Part shown: one piece after another, positions 1 to 10,418 of the stretch
Position numbering within the stretch: position 1 is the stretch's first letter
Layout: each line of letters starts with the position of its first letter
Source: an uncultured Chloroflexia bacterium
GTDB taxonomy: Bacteria > Chloroflexota > Anaerolineae > CG2-30-64-16
NCBI GenBank assembly: GCA_963810095.1
Contig: CAWEMM010000015.1
Coordinates: 1-64,000 of the forward strand
DNA: 64,000 nt
Reading direction: 5' to 3'
Translations under genes and position numbers: made by a program
Notes under the pieces: generated by a model
Databases searched by the model: none
Told to the model about the DNA's origin: nothing
Seen by the model: the letters and a program-made list of their open reading frames with translations, nothing else

Positions 1-1698
1 CAGTTCGTGTAACTTCTGCGGCTTCTCCTTCGAGAGGTCGTGGGCCTGCGTCCAGTCGTCGGGCGCGTACAGCTCCCAGACGTCGTCGTCGAAGGCCGGC
101 AACTGGATCTTCAGCCACGGCAGGCTGTGCCGGGTGACGGCCGTCCAGCCCTTGTGGTAGATGCCGCGGTTGACGAACATCTCGAAGTACTGGAGCTCGT
201 GCCGCTCGTTGGCCTGGGCATCGTCGAACGAGTAGACCATGCTGACCCCTTCGAGCGGCTTCTGCTGCACGCCGTGGACCATGACCGGCTCGGGCAGGCC
301 CGCGGCTTCGAGCACCGTCGGCGCGACGTCGATCACGTGATGGAACTGACTGCGGATCTCGCCCTTCGCCTTGATGCCGGTCGGCCAGTAGACGATCGTG
401 CCGTTGCGGGTGCCGCCCCAGTGCGAGGCAACCTGCTTGGTCCACTGGTAGGGGGTGTCCATGGCGTGCGCCCAGCCGACCGCATAGTGGTTGTAGGCTT
501 TCGGCGTGCCGAATTCGTCGATGTGCTCGCGCACGTACTCGGGCGCCATCAACGCTACGATTTCCGGCGTGGCGCTGTTGAGCGTGATCATCTCGTTGAA
601 GCTGCCCTCGGGCGTGCCCTCGGCGCTGGCCCCGTTGTCGCCGATGATGTAGTAGATCAGCGTGTCGTCCAGGATCTCCAGGTCCTCCAGCGCGTCGATC
701 AGGCGGCCAACGTGGGTGTCGGTGTGCTCCAGGAACCCGGCGTACACCTCCATCTGCCGGGCCAGAATGGGTCTCTCCTCGACCGGCATATCCTCCCAGG
801 CGGGGATCTGCGGCGGGCGCTTCGTCAGCTCGGCCTCGGGTGGGATGACGCCCAGCGCCTTCTGGCGCGCGAACGTCTCTGCCCGAAGGGCATCCCAGCC
901 CTGGTCGAACTGGCCTTTGTACTTGTCCGACCACTCCTTCGGCACGTGGTGCGGCGCGTGCGTCGCGCCGGGCGCGAAGTAGACGAAGAACGGCTTGTCG
1001 GGCATGAGCGCCTTCTGCTGGCGCACCCAGTTGATGGCCTTGTCGGTCATGTCCTCCGTGAAGTGATAGCCTTCCTCCGGCGTCTTTTCTGGCTCGACCG
1101 GATGGGTGCCTTCGTAGATGCCGGGGTAGTACTGGTTGGTCTCGCCGCCGATGAAGCCGTAGAAGTACTCGAAGCCGCCGCCCGGGCTGGGCCAGCGGTC
1201 GAATGGGCCCATCGGGCTGGTCTCCCACACCGGCACCTCGTGGCACTTGCCGAACTGGGCCGTCGAGTAGCCGTTCAGCTTCAGCGTCTCGGCCAGCGGC
1301 GCGCAGGTATTGGGCCGCATCGAGGTGTAGCCCGGCGCAGAGGTGGCCATTTCGGTGATGCAGCCCATGCCGGCACTGTGGTGGTTGCGGCCGGTCAGCA
1401 ACGCCTGGCGGGTGGGCGAACACAGCGCAGTGGTGTGAAAGCGGTTGTACTTGAGCCCATTGGCCGCCAGGCGCTCGGCCGTGGGCGTGTGGATCGGGCC
1501 GCCGAAGGCCGACGAGGCGCCAAAGCCGCAGTCGTCGATGAGGATGAGGAGCACGTTGGGGGCGCCCTCAGGCGGCCGCAGCGGCACGATCGGCGCATAC
1601 CTCGTATCCGGGTCCTTCGCATCGTAGGTTGTCAGCCCGACGGGTGGAACGTCGGGGATCGGGAGGATCTCCCGCTGGATCTTGTCTTGGGTGTTCAC
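1..1698 (-). CDS. Arylsulfatase (Cys-type), 3' end runs off the window
   Basis: Minus strand reads GTG-NTQDKIQREILPIPD...APNVLLILIDDCGFG...HTTALCSPTRQALL (CxPxR sulfatase motif). GAGGAGAGG-type RBS upstream. Missing from the ORF track because it has no stop inside the window. Confidence 0.9.
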   Translation of the reverse strand, partial: MNTQDKIQREILPIPDVPPVGLTTYDAKDPDTRYAPIVPLRPPEGAPNVLLILIDDCGFGASSAFGGPIHTPTAERLAANGLKYNRFHTTALCSPTRQALLTGRNHHSAGMGCITEMATSAPGYTSMRPNTCAPLAETLKLNGYSTAQFGKCHEVPVWETSPMGPFDRWPSPGGGFEYFYGFIGGETNQYYPGIYEGTHPVEPEKTPEEGYHFTEDMTDKAINWVRQQKALMPDKPFFVYFAPGATHAPHHVPKEWSDKYKGQFDQGWDALRAETFARQKALGVIPPEAELTKRPPQIPAWEDMPVEERPILARQMEVYAGFLEHTDTHVGRLIDALEDLEILDDTLIYYIIGDNGASAEGTPEGSFNEMITLNSATPEIVALMAPEYVREHIDEFGTPKAYNHYAVGWAHAMDTPYQWTKQVASHWGGTRNGTIVYWPTGIKAKGEIRSQFHHVIDVAPTVLEAAGLPEPVMVHGVQQKPLEGVSMVYSFDDAQANERHELQYFEMFVNRGIYHKGWTAVTRHSLPWLKIQLPAFDDDVWELYAPDDWTQAHDLSKEKPQKLHEL

Positions 1699-1828
1699 TG
1701 TGTGTTCCTCTCCTCTTTCGTTTGTTCCTGATCGTGAACCGTCTCCTTCTGACATCTCTTCCTTCAAACGGGAAGGGATGTCAGAAGATCGCAGCTACGA
1801 TGCACTGGCTCTAGTTTGCCTGGACGTC

Positions 1829-2917
1829 CTACTGGTCGCCGTGGATCTCGGATGCCTGGTAACACTCTTCAAAAGACCCAGTCTCCTCATAGTGCTCGAC
1901 GCGCTTGTCGCCCTGATAGCGATCTAGGCTCACAGGCCCTGAGAAGCGGAGGTATCCCCCGGGGTACCTGAGGAGCTCGGCTACGAGCTTTTGCACGCCT
2001 GTGGCCAAATCCAGGAATTTCTGAGTCACGAGGGTCTTCTGGCGCGAGTAGGTCAGTACGTAGCGCGTGTCCCCATCGCGATAGTCGAAGCAGATCGCAT
2101 CCGGGATGGGTTTGCCGGTGTGTTCGTCGATCTGGCTTCCGCTCCTCGAAAAAGCCACCTTCGTGCCATCGTCCGCAATCACCTTGCCGTCGCGGGCGAG
2201 CATATAGAGGGGAAAGGTCGTGTAGCCGTACTGCTTGGCGGCCGTGATGTAGGCCGTGACGAACGAGTAGGGGCCGACCTGCCCGCGCCCCCAGTACCAG
2301 TGGTCGACCAGGTGCGAGAACCCCTTGTTCATCCAGTTGTGGTCGTGGTAGCCGGTGCCCGTAGCCTCGTGAACCTCCGAGCCGATCCGGTAGGTGGCCT
2401 TCACGTTACCCATGGGCACGAAAGGCGTCCAGGCGAAGATCGTTTGACCTTCGGGCCCGAAGACCATGTGGCCTGTCTCCGGGCGCCATGGCTCCGTCGT
2501 CGCCTCGAGCCGGACCTCGGCCGAGAGATCCTCGGCCGCAGCCGTGATCGTATAGTCGTGCAGGTCGCCGACGAAGCGATACTTCCCGATCTGGACGTCA
2601 CAGCCATCCTTAGAGGCCTCAAACTCAGCCGCTTTGAACCTGCCGTACTTCATGAACCTCCGCCCGTCCGGCAGGTCCAGGTCGATCTCGATCACCGGCT
2701 CAAGGGGCTGGTGGGGCCGGGAGGCGTCCTTTGTGCAAAAGACCACCGCCAGGTTGGCGCCGTCGTCCAGCAGGCAGTCAAAGTACCACCACTCAATGTT
2801 CGGTGCGCCGGGGTCGAGACGGAGGCCGTCTTCCCACTGCTGAATGTGGCGCCTCTCGAGGTTGAAGCGCGCATAGTCTTCGGGCTTGTCAGCCAGCCTG
2901 GCCGGTTCGGGATGCAT
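1829..2917 (-). CDS. CrtC/hydroxyneurosporene synthase-like (lipocalin/AttH-like) protein
   Basis: EWWYFD, GTGYHDHNW and WYWGR motifs; ATG preceded by AAAGGAGA. Confidence 0.7.
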   Translation of the reverse strand: MHPEPARLADKPEDYARFNLERRHIQQWEDGLRLDPGAPNIEWWYFDCLLDDGANLAVVFCTKDASRPHQPLEPVIEIDLDLPDGRRFMKYGRFKAAEFEASKDGCDVQIGKYRFVGDLHDYTITAAAEDLSAEVRLEATTEPWRPETGHMVFGPEGQTIFAWTPFVPMGNVKATYRIGSEVHEATGTGYHDHNWMNKGFSHLVDHWYWGRGQVGPYSFVTAYITAAKQYGYTTFPLYMLARDGKVIADDGTKVAFSRSGSQIDEHTGKPIPDAICFDYRDGDTRYVLTYSRQKTLVTQKFLDLATGVQKLVAELLRYPGGYLRFSGPVSLDRYQGDKRVEHYEETGSFEECYQASEIHGDQ

Positions 2918-3173
2918 GGTCGTTCTCCTTTCTTTCTGACCGGGTGTGTTCTTGAGCAAGCACGCAAGATGCGAGTTCTGCTTCCATGTGCGCCGCGACC
3001 TCTGGCAGGGAGACGCAAGTGCGGCGGGGCGCATTGGCATCCGCCTGCTGCACGGTGAAGCGCCAGGCGGCCGCGCCATCTGGCCCGGCGCCTTCCTCCA
3101 GCCTGCAGCGGATCAGGAAGCACCGGTAGGGTTGCCGCTTGCCGGTTTGACCCGTTCTTTCCCTGGCACCCAT
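2889..3173 (-). CDS. Small hypothetical protein divergent from the SARP regulator
   Basis: YRCFLIRCR...WRFTVQ...RRTCVSLPEVAAHM resembles a small conserved family I recall next to BTAD regulators; GGAGG RBS. Confidence 0.5.
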   Translation of the reverse strand: MGARERTGQTGKRQPYRCFLIRCRLEEGAGPDGAAAWRFTVQQADANAPRRTCVSLPEVAAHMEAELASCVLAQEHTRSERKENDHASRTGQAG

Positions 3174-3225
3174 ATCGCCTCCACTCGCCGTCTGCTTTCG
3201 CCTGCGCAACCATTTACCACACGGC

Positions 3226-3256
3226 CGTGACGACGCCGTCACGACGGTGTGACCAC
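3226..3256. promoter_or_regulatory. Candidate operator: inverted repeat CGTGACG-N4-CGTCACG overlapping 11-bp-spaced direct repeats
   Basis: tgacgacg (3228), tcacgacg (3239) and tgaccac (3250) lie in the divergent intergenic region. Confidence 0.45.
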
Positions 3257-3281
3257 AGATAGCTGATTTCAGGCGTACCCC

Positions 3282-3310
3282 TTGGCAACGTCTGTGGCAT
3301 CTGGTATAAT
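3282..3310 (+). promoter_or_regulatory. Sigma70-type promoter of the SARP regulator
   Basis: TTGGCA-17 bp-TATAAT with TG extended -10. Confidence 0.55.
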
Positions 3311-3356
3311 GTGCTTGTCGCGCGTCCTGAGGACATCACGTCGGAGCGTCCTCCCC

Positions 3357-6300
3357 ATGACAAGGCTTGTCGTGCGTCTGCTGGGGGGCTTCCGTGTCGA
3401 AGTGGACGGGGAAGCCGTCTACGGTTTCGAGACGGACAAGGCCCGCGCGCTCTTCGCTTACCTGATTGTGGAGGCCGATCGTCCGCACCGCCGGGAGACC
3501 CTCGCCAGCCTCCTCTGGCCCGAGCGCCCCGACACGATCGCACGAGCGAACCTCCGCCAGGCGCTGGTCCGCGTGCGGCGGGCGCTCGGAGACTACGTGT
3601 CGCCGAGCGACGGTGCGTCGCCCGGCGACGGCGACATCCCGCCTCCCAACCACGGGAGGATCGGCCGGTCCCCGCCTTTTCTCTTCGTCACACTGACCGA
3701 CGTGCAGTTCAATGCCGCCAGCGACTACTCGCTTGACGTCGCGGCGTTGGAGGCGTTCGCGCGCCCATTGGCCGGAGGACCAGGGCGGCGCTTGCAGCTT
3801 CTGCCCGAGGCGCTGTGCGCAGACTTCCTCGCCGGCTTTGCGGTGCCCGACAGCGAAACGTTCCAGGCCTGGGTGCTCAACAAGCAGGAGTACTATCACC
3901 GGCTCGCCCTCGACATCCTGGAGGACCAGAACGCGGCCTTCGAGGCCGCGGGCGACTTCGAGCACGCGGTGGCCGCTGCCCGGCTGCAACTCCGCATGGA
4001 GCCCTGGCTGGAGGAGGCGCACCGGCGCTGCATGCGCGGCCTCGCGCTGGCCGGGCGCCGGGACGAGGCGCTCCACCAGTACGAGCTGTGCCGTCTCGCC
4101 CTGGACGCTGAGCTGGGAGCCGAACCCGCGCCGAGCACGGAGGCGCTCTCTGCCGCCATACGCGCCGGCCGGCTCCTTCCAACGCTGCATCCGTCACGCC
4201 CAGCCGGCCAGGCGCGTAGTTCGGGCCGATCCCCCCCGCATGACGCCCCGTCCGCGCAGCCCCTCCCCTCCCTCCAAGACAATCCACCCGCCGCGCTGGT
4301 CGCGCGCGAGGATGAGTTGGGACGGCTTGGACGCTATCTCGAAGCGGCGCTGGCAGGTGAGACCGGGGTGGCCTTCGTCAGTGGCGATGCGGGCAGCGGC
4401 AAGACGGTGCTGCTCGAGGCCTTTGCCGCATTGGCGATGACAGGGCACCCTGATCTGCTGGTGGCCGGCGCGCGCTGCAGCCCGGGTGGCGGCCTCGACC
4501 CCTTTGCGCCCCTGCGCCGGCTTGCAGATATGCTCTTCGGGGATCTGGCCGGCGAGACGGCCTGGCCGCTGCATGGTCGTACGGGGGCCGGTCGTTTGCA
4601 GGATGCCACGACACTCGTGATGTCCGCGCTGGCCAGGCAAGGCGATGGACTGGTCGAGGTGCTCGTTCCGGCTGCCTCGATTGCCCGCAGAGCCGGTCAA
4701 TCCACGCCTCTGGCCGCGCCGAGTAGTCGGCCGGGCTCGCTGCCACTTCGCGGGCGCCCTGTCGCAGGGCGCCCTGTTCGACCAGTTGATGCGGACCCTG
4801 GCCGCGATCAGCCGGGAGCAGCCCCTGCTCCTCCTCTTCGACGACCTGCACTGGGTGGACGATGCGAGCGCGGCCTTTCTCGCCCACCTCGGCCGAGAAC
4901 TGAGCCGCAGCCGGCTCCTCGTTCTCGGCGCATACCGCACCGCGACCGTCAGCCTGGGGCGCCGCGACGCCCGCTCGGGCGAGATGACGCGCCACCCGCT
5001 CGCGGCCGTCGTCAATGAGCTGCGCCGCGAGAAGGGCGACATCGTGATCGAGCTGGACCGGGCGGACGGCCGGGCGTTCGTCGAGGCTTACGTGGACACC
5101 CAACCCAATCGCCTGGGCGCCCCCTTCAGGGATGCGCTTTACGCACAGACGGGTGGCCATGCCCTGTTCACGGTGGAGTCACTGCGCAACCTGCAGGATC
5201 GCGGGGAGCTGTTCAAGGACGAGGCGGGCCGGTGGGTCGCGCGCGAATCGCTCGACTGGGGCGAGCTGCCGGCGCGCGTAGAGGCTGCTATCGCCGAGCG
5301 CATCGAGCGCCTGCCGGAAAACAGCCGGCGCTTTCTCTCCGCAGCCAGCGTGCAAGGCGACGACTTCACCGGCGAGCTTGTCGCCGAGCTGACCGGCGAG
5401 CCGGTGGGTGAGGTCATTGCGGCGCTGAGTGGCAGCCTGGCGCGCCAACACCACCTGGTGCGATCCGAAGGTCTACAGCAGGTGGGCAGCGACAAGCGTT
5501 CGGTGTACCGGTTCAGGCACCACCTGTTTCAGAAGTACCTCTACGACGAGCTCGACCGGATCGAACGCGCGCGGTGGCACGCCGCGGTGGCCTCCAGCCT
5601 GGAGCGGCAGGTCGGGGAGGATCCAGCGGAGCGCGAGCGCTTCGGCGCGCGGCTGGCCTGGCATTACGAGTCAGCGGGCCTGCCCGTGCAGGCCGCTCGC
5701 TCGCTGCTCGACGCCGGCCGGCAGGCCACTCGAATGTCGGCCTTTCGCGAGGCGCTCAACCTGTTCGATCATGGGTTGGCGTTGCTGCACGCGGTGGACG
5801 CAACGCGCCCGGCGGACAGCGTGTCCGCCGAGCCAGAGCGGGTCCAAATCGGACAACTCCTGCAAATCGCACGGTTGGTCCCGCAACGTAGCCTGAGTGG
5901 GTCGGGCGCTACGGAAGTGGAGGTCACTCTGGCGCAGGTGATTGAAGCCGGAGCAGGGCGACCTGCAGGACCGGACAATAGCTGGCAGCCCTCGCGGCAG
6001 AAGCAGACCACTTGATTGCGCGCGGCCAGTTCGCGGAAGTCCTGGAGATCGCGCGAGCGGATGCTCGATCTGGCGACGCGCTGCGGCGACGACGCCTTTG
6101 AGGCCCTCGCCCATTTCTGGTTCGGCTTCATCTACCACTTACTGGGCGAGCCCCAGAAGGCAGATGGCTATTTCGAGTGGATCTTGGCTCGACACACGCC
6201 GGGCCGGTGGGCCGAGCTCCGGGCGCTGGTCGGTTTCGACCTCTTGCCACACTTGCTCACGATTTCAGCCATCAACAAGCTTTCCTTGGGGTACCCTGAC

Positions 6301-7113
6301 GAGGCACTGGCGCGCAGCGCCCGGGCGGTGACCACCGCCCAGGAGCTGGGGGACCAGTACGGCCTGGCATTCGCCTCAGCGATCGGCTCAATGACGCTTT
6401 TCCTGCTGCGTAGCGATCCACGAGCGCTGCAGGAACGCAGCGAGCTGTGTTGCCGGCACTGCGAGAAGCATGGTTTTGCCTGGTGGCAATATTACGCTGC
6501 GGCCTTCCTGGGTTGGCTGATCGTCATGCGTGGCGAGCCGGATGAAGGCATCGAGCGCATGCACAGTGCGATGGCCGCGTGGCAGGCAACGGGCATGCTG
6601 CTTGGACCGGACAGCCTTGGCATCGTCCTGGCGGACGCGTACCTGGAGGCGGTCCGGCGGCGCCCGGAGGGAAAGGATCCCCTTGCGGATAACGGCCGCG
6701 CCGGCCTTCTCACGGAAGGCCTGGCAAGGATCGACGCCGTGCTGGCGCCCAACAGCCTGTGTGGGCAATGCTACCAGGCCGAGCTCTACCGCATGCGAGG
6801 GGAGCTACTTCTGGCGCGCGACGGCCTGGCCGCGGCAGGCCAGGCGTTGGCGTGCTTCGAACGGGCCATGACGCTCGCACGGGAGAAGGGCGCGCTGGCC
6901 TGGGAGCTCCGCGCGGCGATGAGTATCGTGCGGCTCCGCCAACGACAGGGCCAGGAATACACCGAGGAGCTGGCAAAGGCGCGCGCTTGCCTGCGCAGCA
7001 TCTACGCGCGGTTCACCGAGGGGTTTGCCTACCCCGACCTGGAGGAGGCTGCGGTATTGATCGGACCTGATTCAGTTCAGGTCGCTGCCTTCTCGGCCGG
7101 GCAGCCGAGGTGA
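3357..7113 (+). CDS. SARP/AfsR-like regulator: wHTH-BTAD + AAA ATPase + TPR (frameshifted near 4740 and 5955-6055)
   Basis: VRLLGGF, KARALFAYL, EPWLEEAHRRCMR (BTAD), GDAGSGKT (Walker A), LLLFDDLHWVD (Walker B), and C-terminal ELRAAMS...YARFTEGF. Spread across ORFs 3282, 4645 and 6016. Confidence 0.88.
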
Positions 7114-7424
7114 GGACCGCTGTGACGCTGTCGGGTTGCTCGTGGCCGCGTGTGAGGGCGCAGGGGATGCCGAAGGCGGCGCGATGATCTGAAGGGGAGG
7201 CGGGACAAGCGCCGACACGGTCGGGCAGCAATTGGTCTCTCAAATGCGTTTTGGTTGAGCGAAAGCCGAGAAGGCCTCCTCGTCATTTGGGGGGTAAACT
7301 AGCTTGACATAACAAGAATGCCCCCAAGGGGGTTCGTATTTTGCGCTGGTATAACCTGCTGAATCTTCCTTCCGAGGCGTGCGGCCGGGAGTATTGCCGC
7401 ACCTGCAACTCAGGCGTGCCGTCC

Positions 7425-7630
7425 ACAACGCTCAGGAATGGCAGGATTATCTGCTCGTGCTGGATCGGAGCAAAGCCCGCTTACCGGATGTAGTCGGCGC
7501 CCAGGCCGAGCCACTGGTAGGCCTGGGCGTTCAACGTGTACGTCCGGCCGCGCGTGGCACCGCGGCCTTCAATCAGGCCAGCTTCGACCAACCGTTCCAG
7601 CACCGCGCGGGCAACTGACTTGTTCTTCTG
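7425..7630 (-). pseudogene. C-terminal relic of an AlbA_2/RecG-C-type wHTH protein
   Basis: ARAVLERLVEAGLIEGRGATRGRTYTL...YIR*AGFAPIQHEQII; premature TAA where a Gln would fit; no N-terminus. Confidence 0.55.
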
Positions 7631-7676
7631 GATCTGGAGGTGCCTGAATTTTGCGACAAGCTCGCCATGAAAGGTA

Positions 7677-7845
7677 GCCCTGGGAGACCTGGCCGGCGCC
7701 CTCGCCTTGCTGGATAAAGCGGAGCGCCTGCAAGTCCGTGTCGCTGAATACCGTGCGGACCCATACCAAGAACATCTACGGCAAACTCGGGGCGAACAGC
7801 CGGCGGGCCGCCGTCCGGCGCGCTGAGGAACTCGGTTTGTTGTAG
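7677..7845 (+). pseudogene. Internally deleted MalT-like LuxR regulator relic
   Basis: ALGDLAGALALLDKAERLQV (TPR-like part) is joined out of frame to VSLNTVRTHTKNIYGKLGANSRRAAVRRAEELGLL* (LuxR HTH end). Confidence 0.7.
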
Positions 7846-7866
7846 CGAACGGGCCAACACCCATCC

Positions 7867-7890
7867 GCCCCGGCGCGCCGGGGCTTTTTT
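7867..7890 (+). terminator. Rho-independent terminator
   Basis: GCCCCGGC-GC-GCCGGGGC followed by TTTTTT. Confidence 0.75.
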
Positions 7891-7930
7891 GTTTAACCCT
7901 CGGCCGCCCGACGGGCCGTTCACCCCATCA

Positions 7931-7948
7931 ATCACCACATGTGGTGAT
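7931..7948. promoter_or_regulatory. Perfect 18-bp palindrome ATCACCACATGTGGTGAT, probable LuxR/MalT-type operator
   Basis: Palindrome with flanking half sites (cacccca, ctcaccaca) upstream of the 8046-9773 operon. Confidence 0.6.
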
Positions 7949-8045
7949 GACGCCTCACCACATTGTCCGGTATCCTCTGGGCGAAGCTAGAGAACAACGT
8001 CGCCACGCGGAAGTCCACCCGTGGAGCAGGGGCACGAGGCGCAGC

Positions 8046-8318
8046 ATGAGTGAAATACACACAGCAACTGACGGTCAGGATGAGCCCGGGCTTTACGTAA
8101 TCTGTATCAAGGGACACCTGGATGCGCGGTGGGCCGATCGCTTTGGGGGCATGACCATCACGCTGGCCGAGAACGGCGAGACGCTGCTCACCGGCCCGGT
8201 GATCGATCAGGCTGCGCTGTACGGCTTGCTCAAAAAAGTGCGTGATTTGGGTCTGCCATTGGTCTCCGTCAATCCGGTTCGACCGAGCCTGGCAGATGCC
8301 GCAGATGATAAACCATAG
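8046..8318 (+). CDS. Conserved small hypothetical protein
   Basis: YVICIKGHLDARWADRFGG...TLLTGPVIDQAALYGLLKKVRDLGLPLVSV, a family I recall downstream of MalT-like LuxR genes. Confidence 0.75.
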   Translation: MSEIHTATDGQDEPGLYVICIKGHLDARWADRFGGMTITLAENGETLLTGPVIDQAALYGLLKKVRDLGLPLVSVNPVRPSLADAADDKP

Positions 8319-8331
8319 AAGGAGATAGGCT

Positions 8332-9051
8332 ATGATGAAAGTTTGCATTGTCGGGGCCTCCGGTAAGCTCGGCCGGTACATGGTGCAGCACACGCTGGAC
8401 CGGGGCTACAAAGTGGTGGGCGTCTGCCGGGAGAAGAGCGCCGGCAAACTCGACGGGTTCCGCGGGCGCATGACGGTCATACCCGGCGCGACGAATGACC
8501 GCGCGGTGATCGAGAAGGCGGTCGCAGGGTGTGACGGCGTGCTCACCGTGCTGGTGCCTTGGGGCAATCAGCATTACGCGACGGGAACCGCGCAAGCCGT
8601 ACTCGACTACGCGCGGCCGGGCGCACGCCTGATCTTCTCCTGCGGCTGGCACATCACGCGGGACGGCCAGGATGTGTACCCGCCCTCCCTGAAGCGAGAA
8701 GAAGTGCTCGCCCGCTGGCTGGGGCGGCTGACCCACTTTATCGATATCGATGACCAGGTGGAGGCGTGCCGGCGGATCTTTGCCAGCGAGGCCCGGTGGA
8801 CGGTCGTGCGCGGGAGCGACCTCGAAGAGGGGGAGAGCGAGGGCCTGCCCGTGTGGAGCCGGCACGTGGGCGATCCCATCCTCCAGAGCAACAGGACGCG
8901 CCGCGTGGATTACGCCCTGTTCATGGTCGAGGCCCTGGTGAACGACGGCTTGATCCGCGAAGCCCCGGCCATCGTCGGCTGCCGCACACCCTCGGCGCTC
9001 GCTCATCCGATGCCTGAAACGCAACTACATCTTTTCACAAAGGGAGTCTGA
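8332..9051 (+). CDS. NAD(P)H-binding protein (NAD_binding_10 / flavin reductase-like)
   Basis: VGASGKLG Rossmann motif, WTVVR; AGGAG RBS. Confidence 0.85.
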   Translation: MMKVCIVGASGKLGRYMVQHTLDRGYKVVGVCREKSAGKLDGFRGRMTVIPGATNDRAVIEKAVAGCDGVLTVLVPWGNQHYATGTAQAVLDYARPGARLIFSCGWHITRDGQDVYPPSLKREEVLARWLGRLTHFIDIDDQVEACRRIFASEARWTVVRGSDLEEGESEGLPVWSRHVGDPILQSNRTRRVDYALFMVEALVNDGLIREAPAIVGCRTPSALAHPMPETQLHLFTKGV

Positions 9052-9053
9052 AC

Positions 9054-9773
9054 ATGAACAACTTGCAGAAGTGGGGTGGCATTGCGGCACTGGGTCACGC
9101 CGCAGCCTACCTGGTGGGCCTGGTCCTGGGGCTGATCCTGATGTTTCCCCTCCTGAACGCCGCGACCGAGCAGTACCTGAAGTTCCTGGCCGAGAACCAG
9201 GCCCTCGTGTACGTGTGGAACCTGATCAGTTATTGGGGGTCCGCCGTCACGTTGGTGATCATGGTGTTGGCGCTCTACGAGCGGTTGAAGGGCCGCTCAC
9301 CGGCGTTGATGCAGACGGCCACTGTGTTCGGGTTGATCTGGGCGGGGCTGATCATCGCCAGCGGCAACCTCATGCTCCGTAACATCAGTGTCGTCGCAAC
9401 CCTTTACGGCAACGATCCGGCGCAAGCGGCGACTGCCTGGACCGCGCTCGAGGCGGTGGAAACCGGGATCGCGAGCGGGAACGAGCTGGTCGGCAGCCTC
9501 TGGGTTCTGCTGTTGAGCGTGGCCGCTTTGCGGACGGGCGGGCTGACCCGAGCCCTGAACTACCTCGGCCTGGTTCTCGGCGTCGCGGGCATCCTCACGA
9601 TGATCCCGGCTGCGGTGGAGACCATAAGCATGGTTTTCGGGACAGGCATGATCGTATGGTCTGTCTGGGTGGGGATCATCCTGCTGCGCGGGAGCCGGGT
9701 CGCGGCGACGCAACAGGAGCGGGCGCCGCACAGGACACCAGGCCTATCACCGACGCCGGGGACAACCACCTGA
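9054..9773 (+). CDS. DUF4386-like membrane protein
   Basis: Multiple TM helices; starts LQKWGGIAAL; GNELVGSLWVLL. Confidence 0.7.
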   Translation: MNNLQKWGGIAALGHAAAYLVGLVLGLILMFPLLNAATEQYLKFLAENQALVYVWNLISYWGSAVTLVIMVLALYERLKGRSPALMQTATVFGLIWAGLIIASGNLMLRNISVVATLYGNDPAQAATAWTALEAVETGIASGNELVGSLWVLLLSVAALRTGGLTRALNYLGLVLGVAGILTMIPAAVETISMVFGTGMIVWSVWVGIILLRGSRVAATQQERAPHRTPGLSPTPGTTT

Positions 9774-9892
9774 GAAGCAAGATACGAGACGTGAGGTTTC
9801 TCCTCCTGAAATTCGTGAGATATATCCATGGGCGGTGCGCCAGCCTCCGGGGGTCGAGGGCTGGCGCACCGTTGCGGTTACACCGCCAACAC

Positions 9893-10415
9893 CTACTGGA
9901 TGAAAGTCAGATGTTGCGCCGGATCGTTCGAGTGGATTTTGTGAAAGGCCTTTCGCTGCTGCTTCTGCCATGGCATCCAGGATGGGGGTCGGCTCGAAGT
10001 TGGTGACGAGCAGGATATACCCGCCCGGATCGAGTTCGCCCAGCAGTTCGTTGACCCTGCCGAGCGGCACTTCGCCGCGCTGGAGCAGCGCCGTCCCGTC
10101 GATGGTGAACTGCGGCTCCCCGGCGATCCATTCGGGGTCGCCGGCGAGCCGGGGGACTTCGACCACCAGACCGGCTGCCGCCGCTGTCTCAAGCTCCGGT
10201 TGCCCCACCGCCCGGCGTAGGGTGTTGACCAGATTGTTCACGTCCATGCCGCCGATTTGGGCGACCTTCTCCAGAGTGACGATCCGCCCGACCGTCCGGC
10301 GCAACACCGGGTTCTTCAGGTTCTGGAAGGGCGGGGCGATCTTGATGATCTGCGCCTCCAGTTCCGGGTGGGCAGCCAAAACATCGTACAGTTTGCTCTG
10401 CGAGGTGATCTCCAT
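9893..10415 (-). CDS. DUF1858 domain protein (frameshift near 9965)
   Basis: KLYDVLAAHPELE...APPFQNLKNPVLRRTVGR; C-terminus (TNFEPTPILD..FHKIH) is split across two frames. Confidence 0.75.
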
Positions 10416-10418
10416 CGT

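Noticed and set aside
40-1731. Long antisense ORFs (also 9970-11697, 12237-14378, 16431-18140, 32970-35465, 63300-63992)
   Set aside because: Shadow ORFs of real opposite-strand or other-frame genes in GC-rich DNA.
6013-6015. In-frame TGA between two same-frame ORFs of the SARP gene (possible selenocysteine or readthrough)
   Set aside because: Another frame gives a more plausible sequence (LAALAAEADHLIARGQFAEVLEIA), so compensating frameshifts explain it.
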